Source: Octopus bimaculoides (lineage: Eukaryota). From it: a stretch of DNA of 44,654 nucleotides. The position numbers and the translations under genes are program-made. The stretch is from NCBI RefSeq assembly GCF_001194135.2, contig NC_068988.1, positions 18,789,329-18,833,982 of the forward strand, in the 5' to 3' direction. The notes beneath the pieces are model-generated. The model searched no databases and was not told the origin of the DNA. It saw only the letters and a list, made by a program, of their open reading frames with translations. Positions 11,708 through 23,880 of this stretch are shown here, piece by piece; the first letter of the stretch is position 1, and every line of letters begins with the position of its first letter.

Positions 11708-12090
11708 NNNNNNNNNNNNNNNNNNNNNNNNNNNNNNNNNNNNNNNNNNNNNNNNNNNNNNNNNNNNNNNNNNNNNNNNNNNNNNNNNNNNNNNNNNNNN
11801 NNNNNNNNNNNNNNNNNNNNNNNNNNNNNNNNNNNNNNNNNNNNNNNNNNNNNNNNNNNNNNNNNNNNNNNNNNNNNNNNNNNNNNNNNTATATATATAT
11901 ATATATGTATGTATGTATATACACATATATACGACGGGCTTCTTTCAGTTTCCGTCTACCAAATCCACTCACAAGGCTTTGGTCGTCCCGAGGCTATAGT
12001 AGAAGAAAACACTTGCCCGACATGCCACGCAGTGGGACTGAACCCGGAACCATGTGGTTTTTGTAAGCAAGCTACTTCACAGCCACTATG
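11440..12090 (-). mobile_element. SINE family B, full length, internal (CA)n/(TA)n spanning an N gap
   Basis: Tail TCAGTCATTTGACTGTGGCCATGCTGG through head GTGGGACTGAACCCGGAACCATGTGG...CACAGCCACT; tRNA-like B box on the minus strand. Confidence 0.92.
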
Positions 12091-12122
12091 TAGTTGACAA
12101 AAATATTTTCATGTGTATAAAT

Positions 12123-12300
12123 GAAGGCGCGTGGCCAAGCGGTCGGTAAGTGGCACTCACGACCCCAAGATCGTAGTTTCAATTCTCTTGAGTAAAACAC
12201 TCTGCGATCACTTCCACATCTGACATATGTCACACTGTGCACCTGCACAGACGATTTAATGGTGTAAGTGAGCTAATATGTACAGCACACACGTTTGATC
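12123..12300 (+). mobile_element. Diverged tRNA-headed SINE (family D-like)
   Basis: GAAGGCGCGTGGCCAAGCGGT (A-box-like) and GTTTCAATTC (B-box-like), followed by TTGAGTAAAACACT. Confidence 0.5.
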
Positions 12301-12386
12301 ACTAAAAAAAAAAAAAAAAAAAAAATTGAATAGGTTGTTTAGCGAAAAGTTGCGTAACCCTCACCTGTCATACACATATCTAAGCA

Positions 12387-12600
12387 AGGCGGCGAGCTGG
12401 CAGAAACGTTAGCGCGCCAGGCGAAACGCTTAGCGGTATTTCGTCTGTCTATACGTTCTGAGTTCAAATTCCGCCGATGTCGACTTTGCCCTTCATCCTT
12501 TCGAGGTCGATAAATTAAGTACCAGTTGCGTACTGGGGTCGATTTAATCGACTAGCCCCCTCCCCTATATTTTAGGCCTTGTGCTTAGAGTGGAAAAGGA
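12387..12600 (+). mobile_element. SINE family A, full length
   Basis: AGGCGGCGAGCTGGCAGAAACGTTAG...GAGTTCAAATTCCGCC...GGCCTTGTGCTTAGAGTGGAAAAG. Confidence 0.92.
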
Positions 12601-12859
12601 TAAATATATATATGCGTGTGGATATATGTATGTATATACATTACACCCTACCCTCTTTTTTACCTCTTAAACTGAGCGTCAATCTAGTACATTCTCTGTT
12701 TAGGTCTTTTTGACTATACAACAACTAATTCACCTGCCTCTCGGACGTTGACCTGCCATTAAATTCTCACCAACACACATTAATTGGTGCCGTCATTTAG
12801 TAAACTTCTCTATCACGTTCAGATTTCCTCATTTATTCTATCTTTCCTTATTACTTAAA

Positions 12860-12864
<5 letters not shown>

Positions 12865-12955
<91 letters not shown>

Positions 12956-12980
12956 ACACAGACACACACACACACACACG
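12865..12980. repeat. (CA)n microsatellite
   Basis: Directly visible. Confidence 0.95.
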
Positions 12981-13689
12981 CGAAATTTATCTCACTTTTT
13001 AAACTCTCCTACACAGTATCCTACTCTTACCACCACCATAAAGCTCACTTCCACTCTCTAAGTCTACTCTCGTCAATACTCTCTCTATATATCTCTATCT
13101 CCCTAATCAATTCACAACGCATCTCTCATTCTCTAACCAGCTCTCACCGCCACTCTCTGACTCTCTCATTCTCTCTCTCTAACCAACTCTCATCATCACT
13201 CACTACCTCACCCCCTCTCTCTAACCTACTCTCATCCGCTAACCACAAACTTTATCCTATATCCGTGTCACCAACTTAACTAGAAACCATCATCTTTAGG
13301 CTAACTTCCTTCTTCACAAACTTACCTACCCCTAAACTATATCCACTTCCCTTCTGTTCATACACTGCTTTGTATTATTCTCTCTAAGTCTCTCCTCACC
13401 ACCCACCATTTTGGTTTAATTCTAAGAAGTTTATCTTATAGTAACCTCATTTTCTAACAAAACTCCTATTCATGACTTTATAACGTGGAGTACTCAAATA
13501 TAATACCCACATACTCATTCTTCAGAATATTTATATTTATTTTACTACATATCTATGACATTCCTCTACAAAGAACTCACAGTCTATTTCGATGCAATGA
13601 AGCAGTATCGCTATGTTGGTATGGCCTGTTGGAAAAACAACAGCTACAACAAATATCCTTCAAATCATAGCCTTCTGTCACAAAAAAAA

Positions 13690-13945
13690 AAAAAAATGTC
13701 TGACTTAGTGGTTAAGACGTTGCACTTGGTCGCAACATCGTGGTTTCAATTTCCGGAGCGGGCGGAAGTTCTGTTTTCGAGGAAAACGCTTCTTTTTCAA
13801 ATTTCTATGTCCATTCAAATGTAATGGGTAACCCTGCGACGGACTGGTTTTTCCGTCGAGAGTATAAAGTTGGGTTCTCGGTCACTTATATACCATAGAA
13901 TCCAGCAACCGGCCCTATGATTTCAAGGACTCGAAACAGTAACGT
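13690..13945 (+). mobile_element. tRNA-headed SINE family D (V/Meta-like central motif, tentative)
   Basis: GACTTAGTGGTTAAG A-box, GGTTTCAATTTCC B-box, GTAACCCTGCGACGGACTGG motif, AACCGGCCCTATGA end. Confidence 0.55.
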
Positions 13946-14249
13946 CCAGGTGTTGCCTTAACTTATTATAATTTTTTTTTATTAGATCATACAGAATTCA
14001 AAGTAATTCGGTATTCTCACCTCTCACGGCCTATCTAACTCCTTTATCATTTTATATATTACCCACAAGTGACTACAGACCCTTTATACTTTTATACACC
14101 TGCACTCACTTGTGGAAGTGATAACCCTCCCACCCCTTCACTCTCACTTTTGTGTTTTCTGTCAAACTCAGAGCAAAGTCCCGAAGCATTAAACTCTCCA
14201 CTCCATGTGAGAAGTAAACTAAACAACCTTGCGATAAAAATCTCATATT

Positions 14250-14362
14250 AGATAATATAGTCCTGGATACACTGTGATTAAATAAGAGATGAGATGGTCA
14301 TGGTTGGAATGCCCTTGATCATAGGCCCGCTTAATCAGAGCAGGCTTGGGCTAAACGACAAT
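14250..14362 (+). mobile_element. Repeat family E 3' part
   Basis: GATGGTCATGGTTGGAATGCCCTTGATCATAGG...GGGCTAAACGAC; homologs at 6740, 29754, 30884 and 42710. Confidence 0.7.
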
Positions 14363-14654
14363 ACCACAGTCCGTTACTATGTAACGTATCTTCTATCACT
14401 GGTCACACATTTATAAAAACAACCAACAAGCTACAGGAAATTGGATTCCATTCCGGTCTAAACTAACAAAAAAACAAAAAAACAAAAACAACAGAAAACA
14501 ATTTCTTTAATCCTGCCCTTCCTCCTCTAATTCTCCTCTCTTACATCTACATGCTCTCATACAATAGCTTCTGTAGCTTTTACTATCTACTTCATTCAGG
14601 CTAGAAATCTGGTTATACCCAATTGCTTTGAACAAACTCTAAGAGCAAACGATA

Positions 14655-14701
<47 letters not shown>

Positions 14702-14864
14702 NNNNNNNNNNNNNNNNNNNNNNNNNNNNNNNNNNNNNNNNNNNNNNNNNNNNNNNNNNNNNNNNNNNNNNNNNNNNNNNNNNNNNNNNNNNNNNNNTTA
14801 TATATATATATATATATCATACATATGTAGATGTTATCCTTCAAACTCTATACAACATACACAG

Positions 14865-14897
<33 letters not shown>

Positions 14898-15747
14898 TAC
14901 ACGCACAAACATTTTGCAGCTATTCATTTGTCACTATGCCTCTTATAACCTCCATAAGCAAATCACAGAAGCAAGAAAAGGCAACTCTTTACATTCCTGT
15001 ACCATGGGTGGAAATCAGAAATGGAAATACGTACATAAATATAAATAGAAAAAAAAAAAAAAAAACTTCAAATAAATATATAAATAACAAAAACATTCAC
15101 CCAAAATATGTATTGTTTTGATAACCTCTTACGAATTTTCTGAACCTTTTAATCGGACATAGCCATCTGCTTGAGATCACTAAGAATGTAATAGTACACA
15201 CACATATACAATATACCGAGAATTGAATAACATATTTGTCTATCACTATTTTCATACAAAAAAAAATATATATATATATACTGGAGATCATTCTATCGCC
15301 TTCTGGTTCTCTTCCCTTCCTTCATCTCTCTCTTTCTCTCTCTCATTCTCTCACTCACTCACTCGTGTTCTCTGACTTAATCTCTTTCAACATGTTTCTT
15401 TATTTCTATATATTATTCTCTCTATATATCGTCCTCACGTTGGTAAATTCATTACTAGTTTCTCCTTCCTCTCCTTTCCAACGCATATCCATATCAGCTC
15501 GTATACACACTTGTAAAACAGGATGTATATATACATACACACATGTATATGCACACACACACACATGCACACACACAACATGCACATAAAATCTTCAGAC
15601 AAAACATTATTAAACTTCTCTAAAAAATACGTAGTAGAAAATTCTTTAAATGTCTATCTAACATTACAATACCGTAATTCCTGTTAGCAAATGAAACATG
15701 TGTAATGGTGAATAAATTATACCGATAAATCTTCTAACTTTCTGTTT

Positions 15748-15804
<57 letters not shown>

Positions 15805-15806
15805 CA

Positions 15807-15838
<32 letters not shown>

Positions 15839-16399
15839 AAATACTTATATATAAGAATATGCATATATATTTATTTATATATAAATATACTAGCATATAT
15901 ACGCGTGTATGTTGCATATGTGTGTGTGCGTGTGTGTGTGCCATTAGATGCTTTAAGAGTTAAACTTAGTGAAACTGCCTAGAATTCACAAAATGCGACG
16001 TCAAACCAGATCAATCCCAAAACACAGTCGTTTGTTATTGAAGAATTTATGAACAAAGTTGTTAAGGAATATTGAACAAGATGGAAATTATTCTGTTTTT
16101 AACCTTTATCATTGTTGATATAGAAACATTAAAAAAATGTAAGAATGACTGACCACACAAGAAATCGCTAAAAACGAAAAGATATCCATGCGACCTAAAT
16201 CTATTTCTTTTCCCAATATTTTGCATCGATAATGTGGCCTTAGAAATTCCTAAAGTTCAGCGAAATCGAATGGACTTGAAACAGAAACCAGCCAGAAAAT
16301 TCTGCCGTTTAAGCCATCCATACTGATTGATATTTCTATCATCGTATCAATCAGAAAATTAGTTGTTTCTGTGTCGGTTAAAGATACGCATTCAGTCTG

Positions 16400-16427
16400 C
16401 CTATCTGTCTATTTATCTGTATGTATG

Positions 16428-16458
<31 letters not shown>

Positions 16459-16489
16459 GCCTTTATCTGTCTGTCAATTTGTCCGTATC

Positions 16490-16575
<86 letters not shown>

Positions 16576-16589
16576 TCTCTGTCTCTCTC

Positions 16590-16634
<45 letters not shown>

Positions 16635-16810
16635 ACATGCCCTTTCTTTCCTTCTTTCACGGATTGACTGTTGCATTCGTCTGCTTTTTCTTCGTTCAAC
16701 CTCATACATACATACAAACATACATACAAACATACATACATGCATACATACATACATACATACATACATGCATACATACATAAATACATACACACACACA
16801 TTCACACGCA
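16400..16810. repeat. Compound (TATG)/(TCTG)/(TC)/(TACA) microsatellite
   Basis: Directly visible. Confidence 0.9.
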
Positions 16811-17234
16811 TGCACTCACATACGTATACAGCCACATCGACATATACCTACTTATATAAGACTTGTAACAAATTAACAAATAAAAACAGCCACAACCCCC
16901 CCACCACCACCACCACAAAAAAACACACATTACATCGAAGCACGCACAACGCCAAACATCTGATCCATTAGAAAGGTCTTAAGCTTTGGTACAAAGTTGG
17001 GGGAGAAAAACAGAAAGTAAAACCACTTAGACGATTCATTAATTCGCCGCACATACAACACATATAACAACACAAACGCACCTATTAGAGAGCGGTGGCA
17101 GCTGTTTTATTGTCTATTGTTTCATCTAAATCTTTGTTGAATTCGTTTCTCTCTTGAAATCACATTCCTAATTAAATTCCTTCTTGTTTCAGATTCTAAA
17201 ACTCTTCTATTAAACTCCTTCACATTATTTTCTC

Positions 17235-17613
17235 TTATTACCTCCGCGAAAGCGGAGGTATCGTTTTCAGTCGTGTTTGTTTGTATGTTTGCTTGTTCGC
17301 GGACAAAATATCTCAAGAAACGCTGGATGGATTATGATAAAACTTTCAGGGATGTTTGGCCTCGTGACTGGTACGAACTGATTAGATTTTGGGATCGATC
17401 CGGTACCGGACAGGGATTCTGGATTATTTTCCCGTTTTTTTTTTTCCTAAACTTAATTTTTGAGAGCGTTCGGGTTCCTTTTTAGTACTTTCGTTTGTTA
17501 GAGCGGTCGAGTCTATTTCAGATATTCTCATTTTAAAACTCTTCCCTGGCAAATCGTTGAGAGGACATTAGTGTTGCCTTGGCGGAGGTTTGCGCTCTCT
17601 GAGTGCTCTTGTT
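17235..17613 (+). mobile_element. Helentron-associated non-autonomous element (HINE/DINE-1-like)
   Basis: 5' TTATTACCTCCGC with a perfect hairpin, (GTTT) repeats, subterminal inverted GCGGAGGT (17582-17589), 3' stem-loop GCGCTC-TCT-GAGTGC, T-rich ends. Confidence 0.75.
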
Positions 17614-18554
17614 TTCTTTATTTGTTCATTTGTTTGTTTGCATTTTCTTTGTATTTGCTTCATCATATTATCGTCTACGTTTTGTTTGCAATGTCCTGTA
17701 CCCAGATATGCACCTATACATACAGGTGGATGTCGGTATGCACATACCTGTACGTATATATGCATATACTCATTTACTATTTGTTTTTACATGACTGAAC
17801 GCAGCGTCTCCAATTTGTAAGTAGTTTTCGTAACTTCATATTTTCCGACGCTACTCTATCTCTTTCTCTTTCTCTTCCTCTATCATTTTCCCCCTCTCGT
17901 TCTTCCTCTGTTACAACTACGTATCTCTTTTTCCCCCCTCGTACTTCCTCTCTTTCTCTTTTCCTCTCGTTGCTCACNNNNNNNNNNNNNNNNNNNNNNN
18001 NNNNNNNNNNNNNNNNNNNNNNNNNNNNNNNNNNNNNNNNNNNNNNNNNNNNNNNNNNNNNNNNNNNNNNNNNNNNNNNNNNNNNNNNNNNNNNNNNNNN
18101 NNNNNNNNNNNNNNNNNNNNNNNNNNNNNNNNNNNNNNNNNNNNNNNNNNNNNNNNNNNNNNNNNNNNNNNNNNNNNNNNNNNNNNNNNNNNNNNNNNNN
18201 NNNNNNNNNNNNNNNNNNNNNNNNNNNNNNNNNNNNNNNNNNNNNNNNNNNNNNNNNNNNNNNNNNNNNNNNNNNNNNNNNNNNNNNNNNNNNNNNNNNN
18301 NNNNNNNNNNNNNNNNNNNNNNNNNNNNNNNNNNNNNNNNNNNNNNNNNNNNNNNNNNNNNNNNNNNNNNNNNNNNNNNNNNNNNNNNNNNNNNNNNNNN
18401 NNNNNNNNNNNNNNNNNNNNNNNNNNNNNNNNNNNNNNNNNNNNNNNNNNNNNNNNNNNNNNNNNNNNNNNNNNNNNNNNNNNNNNNNNNNNNNNNNNNN
18501 NNNNNNNNNNNNNNNNNNNNNNNNNNNNNNNNNNNNNNNNNNNNNATATATATA

Positions 18555-18590
<36 letters not shown>

Positions 18591-18754
18591 TACGCATATC
18601 ATGCGTAGTAATGCATTATTTTGTTATCTATCTATTTGAAGCTGATGATTCACTTCGTTAAAACTTGAAGTTTTTCTCTTGTTGATGCGTTTGTTAGACC
18701 TTGCAGAAATAGAACACACACACAGACACACACACACACACACACGCGCACACG

Positions 18755-18790
<36 letters not shown>

Positions 18791-19151
18791 TTTACATATT
18801 GCACATGTATGTACTATGCGCGTGGGAGCTGCTTTCTCTCTTTCCTCCTCTTACTACCTTTATCAAAAAGTGTTTTGTTGTTAAACCAAAAATACCAATA
18901 CAACTAGGATCTCCCACCATCTTTCTCACTCTCTTTCTCTCTTCTTCTCTCAACCCCTTCTTCCGTTCTCTGTCCGCCATGTTTAGCTTACCAGATGAAG
19001 ATCGAAGATTTTCAAGGCCTTTATAAAAGTCACAGGGGTCTTGACCTTTTGACCTCGTCTGCATCTAATCCTTGTTATCCTACTTATCATGACAGACATT
19101 TTGTGCGTGGTATCAGACTAAGGAATCAGTTTGCTAGTTTGAGAGAGAAAG

Positions 19152-19188
<37 letters not shown>

Positions 19189-19409
19189 AAGAGAGTGAGA
19201 GTGGCAGGAAGAGGAGGTGGAAGAGAGAGAGAGAGAGAAGCAAATGATTGTCTTGCTTTTCTTCAAAAGGTTTCATTCATTTATCAACCTACGTACATAT
19301 TGAGCATGCCTTGGCGATAACAAAGTGACTTTGTTAGGTAGACTTCTACATCTTCCCTATCTTTCGTATCTTTCTCCCTCTTCAGCTCCCACCCAGCATC
19401 TCCCTCCCC

Positions 19410-19579
19410 AACATCATCTTCGCCGCCGCCGCCCCCTTGCCATCAGTGTTATGGTAACGGAGATGATGACGACGATGATGATGATGATGATGATAATGGG
19501 TATCATAATCATCATCGTTACTGTCACTGCCTTTCACCCACCACCACCACCACCACCATCACCATCATCGTCATCATCG

Positions 19580-19626
<47 letters not shown>

Positions 19627-20040
19627 TTCATCGTCATGACTATTGAGATAGTGATGATGATGATGACGATGGATATTCTAATCGTCTCGTCAGTGTCACT
19701 TGCTTACATCCACCACCAACGACATCATCACCACGAGCCTGCTCATCATATTCAGGCTTCGCCTCCTCAGCTTCTCTGCTGCTGCCCCTCCTCCTCCCCT
19801 TCCTCATTCTTTGTCCCAACCGCTTTCATCATAATCGTCGTTAACGACCATCACTATAAATTCCATCGCAGGAAACAGTATCATCATTATCATCACCATC
19901 GCGTTCAACGTCCACAATAACCCCGGGACACTGTTGCTATTATCATCATCACCACCATCAACATCCTCATCGACATCATTACAATCACCACTACTGCCCC
20001 TATACCCTAATTGCCAACACCAGTACCTGCACCACACCCA
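19410..20040. repeat. Compound (GAT)/(CAC)/(CAT) low-complexity tract
   Basis: Directly visible. Confidence 0.85.
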
Positions 20041-20124
20041 CCAATTTCTTAGTCATTTACTTTTACAAATTTTTTTAATGTATCTTGTCTTCCGCCGCCC
20101 TCTCGTTGTAGATTCTTAATTTCC

Positions 20125-20151
20125 TACTTTCTCTTTCTCTCTCTCTCTTCC

Positions 20152-20192
<41 letters not shown>

Positions 20193-20201
20193 CTTGCCTG
20201 C

Positions 20202-20259
<58 letters not shown>

Positions 20260-20262
20260 GTC

Positions 20263-20294
<32 letters not shown>

Positions 20295-20300
20295 ACTCAC
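20125..20300. repeat. (CCTG)/(TCTG)/(TC) microsatellite
   Basis: Directly visible. Confidence 0.9.
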
Positions 20301-20547
20301 TCCAGATATTCCAAGCTATCTTTCTTTCCATCTTGATATTCTCTTCTGATTTATGATCTCTTATGAACATCGTTTTAATCTTTTCTGTTTCAAATCCTCG
20401 AGGCAGTGTCCCAGTAAGGCCGCAATCCAATATCTGAAGCAACACACACACACACACCATAATTCAACATCAGTTATACCGTTATTTCAGATAAAATGCG
20501 ATGCTATAAAGACTGTCCACAACTTCTCATTCAGACATATAGTCCAC

Positions 20548-20792
20548 GGATCTTGTTCAAAACGGGGGCACCAGTTTTCATTTATGTTTTATGTAGTGTT
20601 TTTGGTACCGAAAGACTTTCAAACTTCGTATACTTATCTATTTTGTGTTATAGAACAGAAAAAAAAATTTGTATTCGAATTTATTTCATGTAAAAAATTG
20701 TCTTATTTCGATAATTTCTACTAATCACTGACGTCTATTCAGTTGAAAACAGTTAGCGCTGTAACGGTGTATATCGTATTAAGCCCCTAACC
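20548..20792 (-). mobile_element. Partial copy of the TTAGGG-carrying TIR MITE
   Basis: Near-exact reverse complement of about 38100-38343; ends in CCCCTAACC at the N gap. Confidence 0.9.
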
Positions 20793-21547
20793 NNNNNNNN
20801 NNNNNNNNNNNNNNNNNNNNNNNNNNNNNNNNNNNNNNNNNNNNNNNNNNNNNNNNNNNNNNNNNNNNNNNNNNNNNNNNNNNNNNNNNNNNNNNNNNNN
20901 NNNNNNNNNNNNNNNNNNNNNNNNNNNNNNNNNNNNNNNNNNNNNNNNNNNNNNNNNNNNNNNNNNNNNNNNNNNNNNNNNNNNNNNNNNNNNNNNNNNN
21001 NNNNNNNNNNNNNNNNNNNNNNNNNNNNNNNNNNNNNNNNNNNNNNNNNNNNNNNNNNNNNNNNNNNNNNNNNNNNNNNNNNNNNNNNNNNNNNNNNNNN
21101 NNNNNNNNNNNNNNNNNNNNNNNNNNNNNNNNNNNNNNNNNNNNNNNNNNNNNNNNNNNNNNNNNNNNNNNNNNNNNNNNNNNNNNNNNNNNNNNNNNNN
21201 NNNNNNNNNNNNNNNNNNNNNNNNNNNNNNNNNNNNNNNNNNNNNNNNNNNNNNNNNNNNNNNNNNNNNNNNNNNNNNNNNNNNNNNNNNNNNNNNNNNN
21301 NNNNNNNNNNNNNNNNNNNNNNNNNNNNNNNNNNNNNNNNNNNNNNNNNNNNNNNNNNNNNNNNNNNNNNNNNNNNNNNNNNNNNNNNNNNNNNNNNNNN
21401 NNNNNNNNNNNNNNNNNNNNNNNNNNNNNNNNNNNNNNNNNNNNNNNNNNNNNNNNNNNNNNNNNNNNNNNNNNNNNNNNNNNNNNNNNNNNNNNNNNNN
21501 NNNNNNNNNNNNNNNNNNNNNNNNNNNNNNNNNNNNNNNNNNNNNNN

Positions 21548-21592
<45 letters not shown>

Positions 21593-22945
21593 ATATACAC
21601 TCTAACCACGCATGTGTACCCAAGTACAAAGAAATACACACACACACACACGCACACACATTCAAAAACATGCTTATAAATTCTCCAGCAGACAGACAAC
21701 TCTGTAATACAATTATATTCAAAGTGGAACCACATTTTTTTTTTTTGTGTTAATTATAAAGTTTCACCATTTGTATTCAATTAAATTTTATAACTAGCTA
21801 AGTATCTCAGCTGGTGAGTCAAACTGAGGTGAGACTATAATCGGAGCGTTTTATAATTCGCAGAATACCACAGCTGCTACTTGGCCGGGTCCAAATTACT
21901 GAACTCGTTAGGAGGATGACTCAGTCCCCAAAAAGAAGAAAAAAGCCTCAAAACTAAACGGAAACCAGTCGTGTATGGATGTAGTATTTTAAACGAAACG
22001 GCGAGTTATATAATTGTTTTATTGCTAGTAATATATTTAATTAAGTCTGCCCATGATGTTGTTTAACCAATCGCATTAAAAGAGTGCTAATCGACGTGTC
22101 AGTTACTGTGTGAATGAATTCACATGTAATATTACAAGATGATGCATACGTCCATCCATACGTACATACACACAGACACACGTAACACACCTACATACAT
22201 ATATAGATACTTACCTACATATGCCTACCTATCTACATATACCTACCCATATTTGTGTGTGTTTGTGCATATTTATACACGTACATGATTATATATATAT
22301 ATATNNNNNNNNNNNNNNNNNNNNNNNNNNNNNNNNNNNNNNNNNNNNNNNNNNNNNNNNNNNNNNNNNNNNNNNNNNNNNNNNNNNNNNNNNNNNNNNN
22401 NNNNNNNNNNNNNNNNNNNNNNNNNNNNNNNNNNNNNNNNNNNNNNNNNNNNNNNNNNNNNNNNNNNNNNNNNNNNNNNNNNNNNNNNNNNNNNNNNNNN
22501 NNNNNNNNNNNNNNNNNNNNNNNNNNNNNNNNNNNNNNNNNNNNNNNNNNNNNNNNNNNNNNNNNNNNNNNNNNNNNNNNNNNNNNNNNNNNNNNNNNNN
22601 NNNNNNNNNNNNNNNNNNNNNNNNNNNNNNNNNNNNNNNNNNNNNNNNNNNNNNNNNNNNNNNNNNNNNNNNNNNNNNNNNNNNNNNNNNNNNNNNNNNN
22701 NNNNNNNNNNNNNNNNNNNNNNNNNNNNNNNNNNNNNNNNNNNNNNNNNNNNNNNNNNNNNNNNNNNNNNNNNNNNNNNNNNNNNNNNNNNNNNNNNNNN
22801 NNNNNNNNNNNNNNNNNNNNNNNNNNNNNNNNNNNNNNNNNNNNNNNNNNNNNNATAAAAATATGTTAAAAAAACCTCATTAAAATATATTATAAAATTA
22901 TATATACACACATTTTAAAAAAAAAAAAAAAACGTTAAAACTTAA

Positions 22946-23050
22946 TTTCGGGGTCGATAAAATAAGTACCAGCTGAGTACTGGAGGTGATATAATCGATT
23001 TAACCCCTGCCCCCTAAAATTGCTGGCCTTGTACCAAATTTTGAAATCAA
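22946..23050 (+). mobile_element. SINE family A, 3' part
   Basis: TTTCGGGGTCGATAAAATAAGTACCAG...GGCCTTGTACCAAATTTTGAAA. Confidence 0.85.
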
Positions 23051-23066
23051 TATTTAAGAATTACAA

Positions 23067-23284
23067 AGCGGCGAACTGGGAGAATCGTTAGAACGCAGGT
23101 TAAATGCTTAACGGCATTTCGTCCGTCTTTACAATCTGAGTTCAAATTCTACCAACTTTGACTTTGGTTTTCATCCTTTCGGGCTCGATAGAATAAGTAC
23201 CAGTTATGCACTGGGGACGATATAATCCACTAGACCCTGGCCCCATAAATTTCAGGCCATGTGGTTATTGTAGGAAAGATTATT
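23067..23284 (+). mobile_element. SINE family A
   Basis: AGCGGCGAACTGGGAGAATCGTTAG...GAGTTCAAATTC...GGAAAGATTATT. Confidence 0.88.
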
Positions 23285-23481
23285 CAAAGATACTACACAG
23301 TGAACTATTACAGAATATTTAGTATCAAAGAACTTGATACTAAGGAACTCAGTTTAGTGTCTGAAGCAAAAACCGGAATCACAAAAATATGAGACAGCAT
23401 GTTTCGTTACCATATTTCTGTTGGAACACACTATATTTGTTTCAATTAATTTAGGAAATAATGGGGAATTTGGTAAAATAA

Positions 23482-23750
23482 CTTCGCTATTGTTAAGCTC
23501 ATGTTTGAAATATAAATCACAATGAAATTTTTATGGAAGGTTTTCATTTGGAACATTTTAAAACGATTTGAATTTCAGAACCATCGGCGGTCTCAGGCGG
23601 GTTTATTTTAAAAATAATGAAAAGTTTACCAATATGCATTCGTCATTGTTAAGCTGTTATTTGGAATAGAAATCAACATGAAATTTTTATGTAAAAATTT
23701 AATTTAGTTTGTAACATAAGAACCGTGGGCGGTCTCTGTCGCGTTGTATC
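23482..23750. repeat. Two diverged tandem units (23482-23606, 23639-23750), probably a DNA-transposon remnant
   Basis: Shared ATTGTTAAGCT...ATGAAATTTTTATG...AGAACC...GGCGGTCTC in both units. Confidence 0.55.
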
Positions 23751-23880
23751 TTTCGTAGGTGCCTACAGCCAGCACAAGGAAAGCATAAAGTTATTTAAAA
23801 CGGAGTAGGTGTTACTCGTTGTCAATAATCACCAACTTAGATGGCGGGGCTGAGTAACTAACTGTAAGTTAATAGATATC

